A DNA stretch of 64,000 nt from Macrostomum lignano (GCA_002269645.1 NIVC01000615.1:212781-276780); one strand, 5' to 3'; positions 12,001 through 25,712 are shown, numbered from the stretch's first letter. Program-made: numbers and translations. The notes: a model not told the origin generated them from the sequence alone.

Positions 12001-14897
12001 CGATGATCACTGTGGGAACCAAGCAACAGGACAGCGGGCCATCTGGCTTGGACTCTCAATTACTGAACGGAACCGCATCACCATCGAATCCGACTGTCTT
12101 GGCACCCTGGTCGATGCTGAACTGCGATCTGGCCGCCTTGCTCACGAAATCTGAGCGAATCCCTCTGACCATCAGCACGTCCATTTGTCTGCGCAGATGA
12201 TGACCGAGTCGCACCGTAATGCTCACGCTTCCCAACAGCTCGATAGCGGAGTCGTCCACGGACACATGCCTGACATCTGCCGGCTTCAGCTCGTAGCGAC
12301 CGTCCAGCTCTCTCAAGGCAACGTCGCTGATCAGCGAGGTCTGCGCTCGGGTGTTCAGCAGCCAACGGCGCAGCTTGCTGTTTGCCTCTCTAGCCAGGAA
12401 TAAAAATCGCTCGGGAAGCACGGGATTGCTCCTTGGGGTTGGTGTAGGTCCCGCACCCGTTGCACCAACCCTTAGGAGTTTCCCAGAACCTTCGATGGAC
12501 AGACTGAGGCCTTGTGTCCTCGCCCCGAGCACTTGTGGCAGATGATCTGGTCCGGCTGTTTATAACGCTCCTGACATTGCGCTGCACGGTGTCCGAGATG
12601 GCCGCAGTTGAAGCAGCCGCCTCCTCGCTGCTGACGACACGCCGAGTGTCAATACCGGACTGCACGCCGACCCTTCATGATGATGAGCTCGTCCATGCGT
12701 TTCTCCAGTCAGTCCAGGCGATCCTCGCCCGGTCCCGCTGCTGATGTAGCGCCGATGGCTCCGAATGCCGTCACCGACTGTCGCCGAGCGAGCTCCCCCA
12801 GCAGAGCCACCCGCTGCAGCAGAGTCTCCAAACTGCAGGTCTCTGCGTCCTCTGCCTTGAGCAGCTGCAGAAGTTTGAAGCGCATATCTAGATCTCGCTG
12901 AGAAACTGAATCACTCGACCTGGCATTCTGGTGCAGCAGCTTTAGGTTGAAACAGAGCTCATGGAGCGTCTCCGAGTCTTCACGCTTTTTTGAGTAGAAG
13001 TCGTTCATAGCCTCAAAAGCTGTGTGATTCACCTCCGTAAAACTTTGTGAGGTCCTCTTTGATACTATTGAAGCTCTTCTGCCTTGTCTCGGTGAGGTCC
13101 CAGACGACAAGTTGGGCTTCTCCCGTGAGCAGCAGCTTCACCTTTGATGCTAGGGTCGCGTCATCCCATTTCCCATCGTTGGCGAATTCCTCGAAGATGC
13201 ATAGCAGATGCCGTCTGTTCCACTGAACTTTGGCAGTAGCAGGGTGTTCTAGGCCATTAGTGCACTTGCACTGGGTTCTCGCTGACACCAGTGTAAGAGC
13301 CGAGAAATTAGATCAATTCATGAAGTATATTTGGAATGCATGATTACTAAGGGGAGCGATTATAGAGTCAGCGATAGAATGGTTAAAATGACTCGATCAC
13401 CCAACTGGGGTGGCGGGCATGCACAGAGAAAAACGAGATACAAGTAATAAGAAAGCACCCACCCTGACGACACAAATCAAACGCAACCTCACACAAGAAT
13501 TTCTGCCTCAAAGCTCTATTGTTTCAGATTCTTTAGACATAAAAATGAGACCCTACACTCCCCAGTCTTAATACCCGTACAACAATCCGATGTCGGCCGA
13601 CGTTCCCGACGCTAATCGTCGTGGCTGACAATTACTTACTTACTAGTAGTAGTGGCTGACAATTATGTGCTTTTTAAATTACGACTCATACGAGCGTACT
13701 ACAGCGACGACATACTAAACGGATTTCCGAGACTTTTGCAGTGTTGGTACCGCCAAATACAGTTGCCATTGCCCTGCTGTGCCATTAGGTGAACGCGTTG
13801 CATCTCACCATTGTTTGCAAATGTGGCTCCTCCGCCTCCACCGGCAGCCAGCAGCAGCAGCCGGTCGCCCGTCCGGTACACGAAGCTGCCGCCGCCTCCG
13901 CCGCCTCCTTCACCGCTCAGGGAGGTCGAGCCGCCCGTCTGGCCCACAACGATGCTCAGTTGGGTTCCGGCCGTCAGGTTGACTCTGGCGCTCACCTGGG
14001 CTCCCTGGCCTCCGGTAGTGCTCGTGAGGGTGTTGTTGCCTCCTCTGGCTCCGGCAGCCTCGATCAGGTAGCAGCCGCTAGCGGGAGCCGTGAAGGTTTC
14101 GATCGATCCGTTTCTGCCCGAGCTGCTGTCTGCAGGGTTCATAGTGATATGATTATAACAACTGATTACACCTGGACCCAATGGACAGCTATTGTGCGGC
14201 GCATCTGAAGGCTGCGCATCGCTGTTCAGTCCAAGGACTGGGGGGTCGCCACACACACCCTCAATTACCCCAGCTAATGCTGGCACCCATTTTACAGCTG
14301 GGTGAACTGAAGCAATGCAGAGTTAAGTGTCTTGCTCAAGGACACAAATTGTTCCAGTGGGATCGGGAATCGAACCCCCGACCTTCAAGTCGTGAGTCCG
14401 ACGCTCTAACCTAGGGTCGTGGCCTAGCAGGGGGTGTAGCTATAGTGGTTCATGCAATGTCCAATATAACTATGGGGTATTATGAAGCTTTGCCAGCAAC
14501 GATTGTCACAGACATTAAAACAATTCCGTATCTCTTGACTCACTTTTGAGCAGCACTGCAGCTGACGTCAAACTCATCAGGTACTGCTCAAAGTCTTCCG
14601 CTTTCCACAAAGTCACAGCGCTGTCGTCGTGCGAGCCGAGCTGTCTCGTCACGTGACTTCCGTTTGGACCGGCAGGCTGTCCCGATGACTCATTGCTGAG
14701 GCTGACTGCCCGACAGACTCTGGCGGTCCGGTTCAGCTCGGCGACAGCGCAGCCTCTGAGCTGGCACAGCAGCAGGCACTGACTTTCCCAAGCGACTTCG
14801 GTCTCGACGAACAACCAGCTGCTCACAGAGTCACTCAGCTCAACGGAGCCGCCGGTAATGAATCGATTGAAGCGTTTGCCACCTTCTGCGTTGGTCA
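9049..14897 (-). CDS. PAN/Apple-like + ALK/LTK-type TNF-like/glycine-rich domain protein, copy 2; exons 14544-14897, 13809-14129, 9049-9536; first (signal peptide) exon not located
   Basis: All three exons have canonical splice sites and join in phase 1 (K-N|SSSGRNG; NN-G|RPAEVG). The frame is open throughout. PAN-like Cys pattern QCLLLCQLRGCAVAELNRTARVC; GCYLIEAAGARGG..GGQGA..VNLTAG..VVGQ; GGGGGGSFV..LLLAAGGGGG; GGFGGGGGG..GGGFSGG..GGGGGSF. Ends SGSCV* with no TM or kinase domain. Confidence 0.85.
9599..13493 (-). mobile_element. Decayed Ty3/gypsy LTR retrotransposon inside the 4.3-kb intron of PAN-GRD copy 2
   Basis: 5' LTR 13292-13493 (TG...CA) is followed by PBS TGGTGTCAG (13282-13290, resembling tRNA-Leu-type PBSs). 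Then gag-like 12709-13288; protease relic WLLNTRAQTSLIS; RT GMCNAPATYQ..AYIDDLIIF; RNase H ISCDSS..AYASRTL..AERNYS..FTDHK; integrase VVHSDQ..SPFH..NGNVERFNRTL. The PR-RT-RH-IN order is the gypsy order. Many stops and frameshifts. An LTR-like segment ends at 9751. Confidence 0.92.
14180..14412 (-). mobile_element. tRNA-derived CORE-type SINE in intron 14130-14543
   Basis: The minus strand reads GGTTAGAGCGTCGGACT (A-box-like) ... GGTTCGATTCCC (B box) ... GTGTCCTTGAGCAAGACACTTAAC ... CAGCTGTAAAATGGG. This resembles the MIR CORE GTGACCTTGGGCAAGTCACTTAAC...CTGTAAAATGGG. Confidence 0.75.
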
Positions 14898-16889
14898 CTG
14901 AAATTTAAAATATCATTTACTAGCATATGTTTTGTTTTGCGCCATAGCACCCGACCTTACTTGTACCGAAGCTCTATACTCACCGTTAGATAAAGTGAAC
15001 AAAATCGCAAAAATGAATTCCAAATGCATAGCGAATTGAGTTTAGGTTTAGTTTGCGCTTATTCAAATTAGTTTTCAGTTGCGAATGCAAGCCGTAGGTA
15101 ATTATAAGACCCTGATGGGTGGGTTCTGCATTTAATGCCGCCTATGAACAGCAGCTGCAGCCAATCCACGCTGCAGGATGCATGAGTGATGGGCCGCTTT
15201 CCAAGATTCGTTAGCTGCAGCCTCAAGACACCATCAATTTAACATACTCTCGCGTGCAAACAGTGACAGCATTATTCTCCTGTCAAACAGCTGAAGCCAT
15301 CTGGTAAGAAAATTTTCTTTACCCACATTAAGAATTCCTACAACAATGCAGTTGTTGCTGGGTGAATTTTTGTCTTTACTTTTGTTCCGAAAGCAAGAGC
15401 TTTGCCAAGAGCGTTCCTATAATTAGATTTGCTGCAATTAAGATCTCAATCTCAAGATTCTAACGAAAGAAATAAAGTACAATACTATGATAACTACCAA
15501 AATTAATGAGAATATTAGCTGAAACCTAAAAATCAATTTAGAAAATGACAAGAAGGAAAAACTAAAGCAACTTAGTTTTTCTCTAAATTTCAAATTTTCG
15601 TGTTCGTGTTTCTGAAAAATAGACGACACTTATGAATTACTGTTTAACGTTTTTGACGTACATGTCATTGTGCATGTACACAACCACTGCATGTGTGCGG
15701 TCTTTGATCACCAAAATTGTAAATTTATCGTTCGTTGCACCAGATTTCAGTTGCAACGTGGTGGCTGCGAAGTTTTCAAGAATACTTGAACACATTCGAG
15801 AACTTGGGCGTGGGCACCCTGACGCAACGCCTTCGGCGACATCGTCCCACAACCAGCGCTGACGGCAATTCTACCCATTCCAATGGTACGCATGTCAGGC
15901 ACTCACTCATACACACGCTCACACGGGGTGTACATGGCGGCCCGTGCCAAATGTTTACAAGTACATTTAGGTCCATAGCAGCTAAAATAGTTACAGAAAG
16001 TCAACGCTAAATAAAAAGTTCTAGATGCAAAATTAATCTGAATTTCGTCTGTTAGATTATTCGGATCGAGATCGATCGCATTATTTAATTTCAGTGTGCA
16101 ACTGAGATAAATATAAATGTTTATTATAAGTTAATAGGAAGTTAATAGGAATTTATTTTCAAACAGTCGCAGATCTCCTAAGATTATCGAATAAAATTCA
16201 AATTAACGCCAACATTTGAAATTTGAAGAAATAAAAAATTTCAATACTTTTTAAATTCATGAATTTTGGCGCGAATTTGATTTTTTTGGATTTACACATA
16301 CATAATTGATCAGTTCGTTACCCGATAATAACTCAGTTATTAGATCTTAAACATAATATTAGAAGTAACAAAAGACTTAAAATTCTTCTTCATCTTATGG
16401 CCCTAAAATTATTATTAATTTCAAACATGGATAATAATTCTGCAGGTGCTACAGTGACTAGAAATGACATCAGAATGTAACTGCCCAAACTGAAAGACCT
16501 TCGAATCTCGTTCACACTGATTTGGAGAAGGGGTTAAAATAAACAAAATTTTAGCTGTTTAAACTGGCTGACTAGTTAGTAGTGCAGTTAGGATATAGTC
16601 AATTTTTTAGTTTTGAGAAAATTAAAAACTTGAAATTGGATAAATATGAACAATAAAAATGAGATCCAAACATGGCAATATTTTTGAATTAAAAATTAAT
16701 TCACTGCATTAGTCTAAGCAATATTGCTAAGCGTTGCTTTCAGGTAAATAATGCATAATTCGATGACTAAGTGTAAGAAAAATGTGACATTTTGCAAACT
16801 ATATATAGATATAAACTGAAGAGTTTAGTAAAAGAAAATTAAAAAATCACTGTTTTTAAAGCTCAAACAGGATTTTCTGACTAATAAAA

Positions 16890-17482
16890 CAGGTGACACT
16901 CTCTGTCTAACAGGTGAAATTCCTGTCTAACAGGTGACACTCTCTGTCTAACAGGTGACACTCCCTGTCTAACAGGTGACACTCTCTGTCTAACAGGTGA
17001 CATTCCTGTCTAACGGGTGACACTCTCTGTCTAACAGGTGACACTCTCTGTCTAACAGGTGAAATTCCTGTCTAACAGGTGACACTCTCTGTCTAACAGG
17101 TGACATTCCTGTCTAACAGGTGACACTCTGTCTAACAGGTGACACTCTCTGTCTAACAGGTGACATTCCTGTCTAACAGGTGACACTCTCTGTCTAACAG
17201 GTGACACTCTCTGTCTAACAGGTGACATTCCTGTCTAACAGGTGACACTCTCTGTCTAACAGGTGACATTCCTGTCTAACAGGTGACACTCTGTCTAACA
17301 GGTGACACTCTCTGTCTAACAGGTGACATTCCTGTCTAACAGGTGACACTCTCTGTCTAACAGGTGACACTCTCTGTCTAACAGGTGACATTCCTGTCTA
17401 ACAGGTGACACTCTCTGTCTAACAGGTGACACTCTCTGCCTAACAGGTGACATTCCTGTCTAACAGGTGACACTCTGTCTAA
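16890..17482. repeat. 21-bp minisatellite (AACAGGTGACACTCTCTGTCT)n with 19/20-bp variants
   Basis: Direct tandem periodicity. Confidence 0.97.
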
Positions 17483-17919
17483 GAGATTCAACAAAGAATA
17501 TAAGCAATCATAAATATATACAAAAAAGCAATCACAACGGAAGTTTACAAGAGTTTATAATACACATGACAAACCCATTCGACTAAAACGTGAAGCTTGT
17601 ACAGCAGTGCAAATTGACTGTTCATTTTGACTGTCTACTTTCTCAAAAAAGTGAAATAAATTCGCATGCAGCAAGGAATGAAGTACAAAAAAAGTTGAAA
17701 CAATGCCTTTATTGCACAAAGATTATCAACCAAGCTACATGCTAGGAAAATGTCAGTTACTAATACAAAGATTCCACTAGAGCCTACGATTTGTTGATAA
17801 ATATAATATTGCAATCTATGTGTGCCTGCTGTGCAAGAATAACATAACAAACACAATTTATACATTTATTTTGCAAAAAGCAACTGCCAGTGAGTCGATT
17901 TGATGTGTGAATAGAAATA

Positions 17920-18548
17920 GGGGGAGATGGGGAAGGAGAGGGAGAGATGAGGAAGGAGAGGGAGAAATGGGGAAGGAGAGAGAAGGGGAAGGAGAGAGAG
18001 ATGGGGAAGGAAAGGGAGAGATGGGGAAGGAGAGAGAGATGGGGAAGGAGAGAGAGAGATAGGGAAGGAGAGAGAGAGATGGGGAAGGAGAGAGAGAGAT
18101 GGGGAAGGAGAGAGAGAGATGGGGAAGGAGAGAGAGATGGGGAAGGAGAGAGAGATGGGGAAGGAGAGAGAGATGGGGAAGGAGAGAGAGAGATGGGGAA
18201 GGAGAGAGAGATGGGGAAGGAGAGAGAGAGATAGGGAAGGAGAGAGAGAGATGGGGAAGGAGAGAGAGATGGGGAAGGAGAGAGAGATGGGGAAGGAGAG
18301 AGAGAGATGGGGAAGGAGAGAGAGAGATGGGGAAGGAGAGAGAGATGGGGAAGGAGAGAGAGAGATGGGGAAGGAGAGAGAGATGGGGAAGGAGAGAGAG
18401 ATGGGGAAGGAGAGAGAGATGGGGAAGGAGAGAGAGATGGGGAAGGAGAGAGAGATGGGGAAGGAGAGAGAGATGGGGAAGGAGAGAGAGATGGGGAAGG
18501 AGAGAGAGATGGGAAAGGAGAGAGGGAGAGATGGGGAAGGAGAGAGAA
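17920..18548. repeat. Purine-rich 18/20-bp repeat (GATGGGGAAGGAGAGAGA)n just 3' of the ABCG gene
   Basis: Tandem periodicity. ORFs 17784-18766 are its translations. Confidence 0.95.
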
Positions 18549-18707
18549 CATCACATATGTTAAAAGGTAGATCGGAGATGCAAAGAAAAAGATCAGAGGT
18601 AGACAGACTATCTACTTCAATACCTGCGATCGATAACAGACCAAATAGATTCGATCAAGACAGTTCAAACCTGAAGCATACTTCAGATCCCAAAATCTCC
18701 AATGAGC

Positions 18708-21700
18708 TCATCGACTCGCCCTTGTGCGGAATTTCAAGATCAGAAAGCACAGGCCGCGCAGAATGACAAAGAACATGCACAGCACGATGAAGTCCACGTA
18801 GATCTTGGCTCCGTCCGCGCTGAAGAACTTCAAAAAGAAGTCCGGATCGCTGAGACAGGGAGCCAGACTCTCTGAAGAGTCGGCGCTGGCATCCGGGTTG
18901 CACTCGAGATGGTTGCGATTCATGCCGTAGATGATCTGCAGCACCGCTTCGAATGCGTAGCGCACGTAGGAGCAATAGCTGAGCCACTGCAGGTACACCG
19001 GGATGGTGCTGAATGTGACAAAGAAGCCGCTGAACAGCAGGATTGGGATGGCCGTGACCGGGCCTGCAACCGGGTGGGTGGGCGTCGTGACTCAGTGCCA
19101 CATCAGTGACTCAGTGTTTTATCAGTGTCTTATCAGTGACTCAGTGTTTTCTTATCAGTGACTCAGTGTTTTCTTATCAGTGACTCAGTGTTTTCTTATC
19201 AGTGACTCAGTGTTTTCTTATCAGTGACTCAGTGTTTTCTTATCAGTGACTCAGTGTTTTCTTATCAGTGACTCAGTGTTTTCTTATCAGTGACTCAGTG
19301 TCTTATCAGTGACTCAGTGTCTTATCAGTGACTCAGTGTCTTATCAGTGACTTAGTGTCTTCTTATCAGTGACTCAGTGTCTTATCAGTGACTCAGTGTC
19401 TTATCAGTGACTTAGTGTCTTCTTATCAGTGACTCAGTGTCTTATCAGTGACTCAGTGTCTTATCAGTGACTTAGTGTCTTATCAGTGACTCAGTGTCCT
19501 ATCAGTGTCTCGTGTCTTCTTATCAGTGACTCAGTGTTTTCTCATCAGTGACTCAGTGTCTTATCAGTGACTCAGTGTCCTATCAGTGTCTCGTGTCTTC
19601 TTATCAGTGACTCAGTGTCTTATCAGTGACTCAGTGTCTTATCAGTGACTTAGTGTCTTCTTATCAGTGACTCAGTGTCTTATCAGTGACTCAGTGTTTT
19701 CTTATCAGTGACTTAGTGTTTTCTCATCAGTGACTCAGTGTCTTATCAGTGACTCAGTGTCTTATCAGTGACTCAGTGTCCTATCAGTGTCTCGTGTCTT
19801 CTTATCAGTGACTCAGTGTTTTCTCATCAGTGACTCAGTGTCTTATCAGTGACTCAGTGTCCTATCAGTGTCTCGTGTCTTCTTATCAGTGACTCAGTGT
19901 TTTCTCATCAGTGACTCAGTGTCTTATCAGTGACTAAGTGTCTTCTTATCAGTGACTCAGTGTCCTATCAGTGACTCAGTGTCTTATCAGTGACTCAGTG
20001 TTTTCTCATCAGTGACTCAGTGTCTTATCAGTGACTCAGTGTCTTATCAGTGACTCAGTGTCCTATCAGTGACTTATTGTCTTATTTGTGACTCAGTGTC
20101 TTCTTATCATTGACTCAGTGTCTTCTTATCAGTGACTCAGTGTCCTATCAGTGACTTATTGTCTTATTTGTGACTCAGTGTCTTCTTATCAGTGACTCAG
20201 TGTCTTATCAGTGACTTATTGTCTTATTTGTGACTCAGTGTCTTCTTATCAGTGACTCAGTGTCTTATCAGTGACTTATTGTCTTATTTGTGACTCAGTG
20301 TCTTCTTATCAGTGACTCAGTGTCCTATCAGTGACTTATTGTCTTATTTGTGACTCAGTGTCTTCTTATCAGTGACTCGGTGTCTTCTTATCAGTGACTC
20401 AGTGTCTTATCAGTGACTCAGTGTCTTATCAGTGACTCAGTGTCCTATCAGTGACTCATTGTCTTATTTGTGACTCAGTGTCTTCTTATCAGTGACTCAG
20501 TGTCTTATGTATGACTCAGTGTCTTATGTATGACTCAGTGTCTTATGTATGACTCAGTGTCTCATCAGTGACTTAGTGAATTAGTGCCTCATCTGTGACT
20601 CATTAATTTCTCATCAGTGTCTCATGTCTCTCACTGTCTCAATCACATTCTCTGTATCGCACTCTTAAAATCTTACTTACCAATCTTAACTCCTCAATCT
20701 CAATCTCTCAAATCTCACAGAATCTCACTCGCCCAAATCTCACCCAGGAAGATGGCTGATTCCAAATTCGTAGCCGCCCCAATCAGCAGGCCGAAGCTCT
20801 GCGCCACCAAGCTGGTCTGCACGCAGATGGTCAGAAATAGAAAGTAGCGCATGAACTCCAGCGGCTGGGCGGTCATGAAGTACACGATGGTGCCATAGAT
20901 GACTGGAAAGATCACTTGAAATGGCAGATCGGCGAGTGTCTTGGCCAAGTAGTAGGCCTTCACGCTGTACCAATAGTTCAGGTGTTCACGCAGAAATATG
21001 TTCATCTCCATCGGGACTGCAGGTTTGGGGAAAATGTTTATTGCTAGGACTCTTTGGTGCGGCAATTTATAGATCAAAGGAAATGAGGGAGGGTAAAGGG
21101 GTGGTGGCATTTGAAAAAAGATCAAAGTAAATAGAGAAGGTAGAGGAGTGCCGGCATTTGATAAGAGATCAAAGGAAATAGAGAAGTGTAGAGGTGGTGG
21201 CGGCAATTGACAAAGGATCAAAGGAAATAGCTATGGGGAAGGTAGAGAGAGTGGCGGCATTTGTTAAAAGATCAAAGGGAATAGCTAGGGGGAGGTAGAG
21301 AGAGTGGCGGCATTTGTTAATAGATCAAAGGGAATAGCTAGGGGGAGGTAGAGAGAGTGGCGGCATTTCTTAAAAGATCAAAGGGAATAGCTGGGGAAGG
21401 TAGAGAGAGTGGCGGCATTTGTTAATAGATCAAAGGGAATAGCTAGGGGGAGGTAGAGAGAGTGGCGGCATTTGTTAATAGATCAAAGGGAATAGCTAGG
21501 GGGAGGTAGAGAGAGTGGCGGCATTTGTTAATAGATCAAAGGGAATAGCTAGGGGGAGGTAGAGAGAGTGGCGGCATTTTTTAATAGATCAAAGAAAATA
21601 GCTATAGAGAAGGCTAGAGACTATGGTGACATTTGATAAATGATCAAAGGAAATAGCTAGAGAAGGCTAAAGGGAGTGGCGGCATTTGATAAAAGATCAA

Positions 21701-24700
21701 AAGAAATAGGAGAGAGAGAGTAAAGAGTGGCGGTATTTGATAAAAGATCAAAAGAAATTGGAGAGGTTAGAGGAAGTGGCGACATTTAATGAGAGGTCAA
21801 AGGAAATAGCTCGTAGCTGGAGAAGGGTAATGGGAATAGCGGCAATTTATAAAAGATCAAAGGAAATAGCTAGGGGGAGGGTAAAGGCAGTGGCGGCAGT
21901 TTATAAAAGATCAAAGGAAACAGGGGAAGAGGAAAATAAAACAAAAAAATCTGTCTATTAAAACTCACAGGTGAGAACGGTGGGCATGAGAGCTGTGAAC
22001 ATGAGAAACAGCATACAGAAGAACAGACAGCCCGCATTCGATTGCACTTTTAATCCGTCGTTTCCAATTTTAAAGTACAGCATGCCGATCAACAGGCCAA
22101 CGGAGACGTGGCTGAGCAGCCGGAGACGAGTCAGTTGCTAGGGAAATCGGGATTGGGAGAAAATTCAATGCGATTTCAATTGGATAAATACTATTAGTAC
22201 GTAGAAATAATATTTTATCTAATCATTGTTCTCACCGTGTCACGAATGATTGACAGGAAGGTGCGAACGTACAGCACTCGAAATTGATTGAGGGTGCCTG
22301 TGCTGAAATGTCCGGTGCGGCTGTCGTCCTGGAAGTATGGCAATCAATAATTTGTTCGAAAATCGATGTTTGAGAGGTCAAAGTGTTTTCACAGAACTTC
22401 TATCTTTATCATTATTACAAACAACACGAAACGCAATCTGAAACTATTGTAGAAACTAAGGTTGTGCACATCTGAGAGGCTGCTGGCCCAGCAACTGCGG
22501 ATCTGGGAGGCTGGCTCAGCAGCTGAGGATCTGGGAGGCTGGTGGCACAGCAACTGAGGATCTGGGAGGCTGGCCCAGCAACTGAGGATCTGGGAGGCTG
22601 GCCCAGCAACTGAGCATCTGGGAGGCTGGCCCAGCAACTGAGCATCTGGGAGGCTGTCCCAGCAACTGAGGATCTGGGAGGCAGGTGGCCCAGCAACTGA
22701 GGATCTGGGAGGCTGGCTCAGCAACTGAGGATCTGGGAGGCTGGTGGCACAGCAACTGAGGATCTGGGAGGCTGGTGGCACAGCAACTGAGGATCTGGGA
22801 GGCTGGCCCAGCAACTGAGGATCTGGGAGGCTGTCCCAGCAACTGAGGATCTGGGAGGCTGGCTCAGCAACTGAGGATCTGGGAGGCTGGTGGCACAGCA
22901 ACTGAGGATCTGGGAGGCTGTCCCAGCAACTGAGGATCTGGGAGGCTGGCTCAGCAACTGAGGATCTGGGAGGCTGGTGGCCCAGCAACTGAGGATCTGG
23001 GAGGCTGATGGCCCAGCAACTGAGGATCTATGAGGCTGGTGGCCCAGCAACTGAGGATCTGGGAGGCTGGCTCAGCAACTGAGGATCTGGGAGGCTGGTG
23101 GCCCAGCAACTGAGGATCTATGAGGCTGGTGGCCCAGCAACTGAGGATCTGGAAGGCTGACAAAGCAACTGCGGACGTGGGGGGGGGGGGGGGTTGGCCC
23201 AGAAATGGAAGATCTGGGAGGCTGGTGCCGCAGCAACTGAGGGAAAAAGTAGGTCGTACATACTAAAAATAGTTTGTCGATAGGAACTAAAATGCATCAT
23301 TATAACTAAAATCGCGAAGCAAAAGCTAAGCAACAACTAAAAAATATCATGGCATGGATATCTGATTGAGCAACAACAAACCGATTACGTGTAAAGAAAT
23401 AATCGTATTATTCATAGGAGAAGACCATAGTATAACAAATTAAGGCTAAATAAAAACTTACCTTGACGGAGCTCTCGTTTGCCTAACGTGATATTTTCGT
23501 AAGAAAATGTATATCAAACTTTTATAATAAGAGGTTATGTGAATTACTCTACTTGGTAAGTAGCCAAGCAGCAAATATTATAGTCTAAATTTGCAAAGGA
23601 TCGTAGAACTTACATTCGAATCTGAATCATTGTTGGCCAGCGATTGGTCGGGATTTTTGTTAGAATTTGCCGACGAACTTGATGACGACGTAGCGGATGC
23701 GTTGTCGGCCAGAATCGCAGCGTCGGCTTTCTCCTTAGCAACCGCAGATTTGTAGGCCCGCATAAACTCGGCGCATTGGCCAGAGCGAACCGCCTCAGCG
23801 AGAGCGGACACCATGCACTCGCCTTTCTGCTGATCGCCGTCCGTCGTAGCCGAATCTTCGCCGGCATCGCCAACTGGAGTCGTTGAATCATCGCCGCAGA
23901 CGGCCTCCATGAAATAGTCGGTGGGATTGTGATAGCTGGGACAGACGAAGCCGCGAGAGGCCAGGTATGGCACCACGGCACCTGCCGGCCCGTTGTACAG
24001 GCAGCGACCTTTGGCTACGAAGTACAGCTGGTCGAACATCTCGAACAGCTTGGCGCTGGGCTGGTGGATGGTGCACACGATGGTACGGCCGCCGAGTGCC
24101 AGCTCTTTCAGCAGGCTGACGCACTGGAAGCAGGAGGCGCTGTCCAGGCCGCTGCGTGGGGTAGGTTGAGGGCCGATTGTCTACAGAGTTTTGCGTTCAT
24201 TTCGACTGATTTCTCTCAATCTATACTGCTTGCACTCTTCTATAGTTGCTATTAATCACTCTGCCTCTCCTTCTCCTTCAAACTCTCACTCTCCCTCACC
24301 CTCTTTATTTCTGTCTCAATCTCCCTCGTGCTTCCATGTCTCTCTCCCTCTCTCCCCCTCCGTCTCCCTCTCTCCCTCTGCCTTACCCTCTCCCTCTCCA
24401 TCTCCCTCTCTTTCTGCCTAACCCTCTCCCTCTCCGTCTCCGTCTCCCTCTGCCTTACCCTCTCCCTCTCCGTCTCCCTCTCCCTCTGCCTTACCCTCTC
24501 CCTCTCCGTTTTCCTCTCCCTCTGCCTTCCCCTCTCCCTCTCCGTTTCCCTCTCCCTCTGCCTTTCCCTCTCCCTCTCCGTTTCCCTCTCCTTCTGCCTA
24601 ACCCTCTCCCTCTCCGTCTCCGTCTCCCTCTGCCTTCCCCTCTCCCTCTCCGTTTCCCTCTCCCTCTGCCTTACCCTCTCCCTCTCCGTTTCCCTCTCCC

Positions 24701-25365
24701 TCTGCCTTCCCCTCTCCCTCTCCGTTTCCCTCTCCCTCTGCCTTACCCTCTCCCTCTCCGTTTCCCTCTCCCTCTGCCTTCCACTCTCCCTCTCCGTTTC
24801 CCTCTCCCTCTTCCCTCTTCCTCTCCCTCTCCCTTTTACTCTCAGTCTCCCCTAGCTCTCTATCTCCGTTTCTATTTCCACCTCCCTCTCCCTGTTTCCC
24901 ATCTGCCTCTCTTCCTTTCCTGCACAGTTTCTCTCCTAGCTCTTAGCCTCAACCCAACATACAAGGCTACACGCATCTCTCTTCCACCATAGCGCTTCTC
25001 TCCGTCTGTCCCAACCCCCGTCATACTAGTCCATCCACATCCCTCATTGAAATTCAACTTCAAGGCCATAGCAATTAATCTACTGACTGCATTATAAATT
25101 TTCCGATAAAATTGAGATAGCTAGAATAATAACCTATTGTAATTAACATATTTATCTGCCAAAATTTTATGGCTGCATCATTAGCATAATTCGGATTACG
25201 AGCGCAATTATTAATAAAATTCTCAGTCAAGAATCAAGAATCAGAAAGCCTCTTTATTGTTCACTAATTAATACAATTTTAAGTCCTGTCACCTTTCAGA
25301 TATCCCAAGTTTTAGGAAATTATGGATTGTTTTTAAATTAAAATTATTATTAATTAATTAGAAAA

Positions 25366-25396
<31 letters not shown>

Positions 25397-25712
25397 GGCA
25401 GGCAGGCAGGCAGGCAGACAGGCAGACAGACAGACAGACAGACAGACAGACAGGCAGGCAGACAGACAGACAGGCAGACAGGCAGGCAGACAGGCAGGCA
25501 GGCAGACAGACAGACAGGCAGGCAGGCAGGCAGACAGGCAGGCAGACAGACAGACAGGCAGGCAGGCAGACAGGCAGGCAGGCAGGCAGACAGGCAGACA
25601 GGCAGGCAGGCAGACAGACAGACAGGCAGGCAGGCAGGCAGGCAGACAGGCAGGCAGGCAGACAGACAGACAGGCAGGCAGGCAGGCAGACAGGCAGGCA
25701 GGCAGACAGACA

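Noticed and set aside
14340-14412. Possible tRNA gene (A/B boxes)
   Set aside because: I could not build a convincing acceptor stem or cloverleaf, and the sequence continues into a CORE-like domain, so it is a SINE head.
15100-15310. Candidate first (signal peptide) exon of PAN-GRD copy 2
   Set aside because: A GC-richer island with a hydrophobic stretch (WLQLLFIGG), but I found no in-frame ATG with a phase-1 donor.
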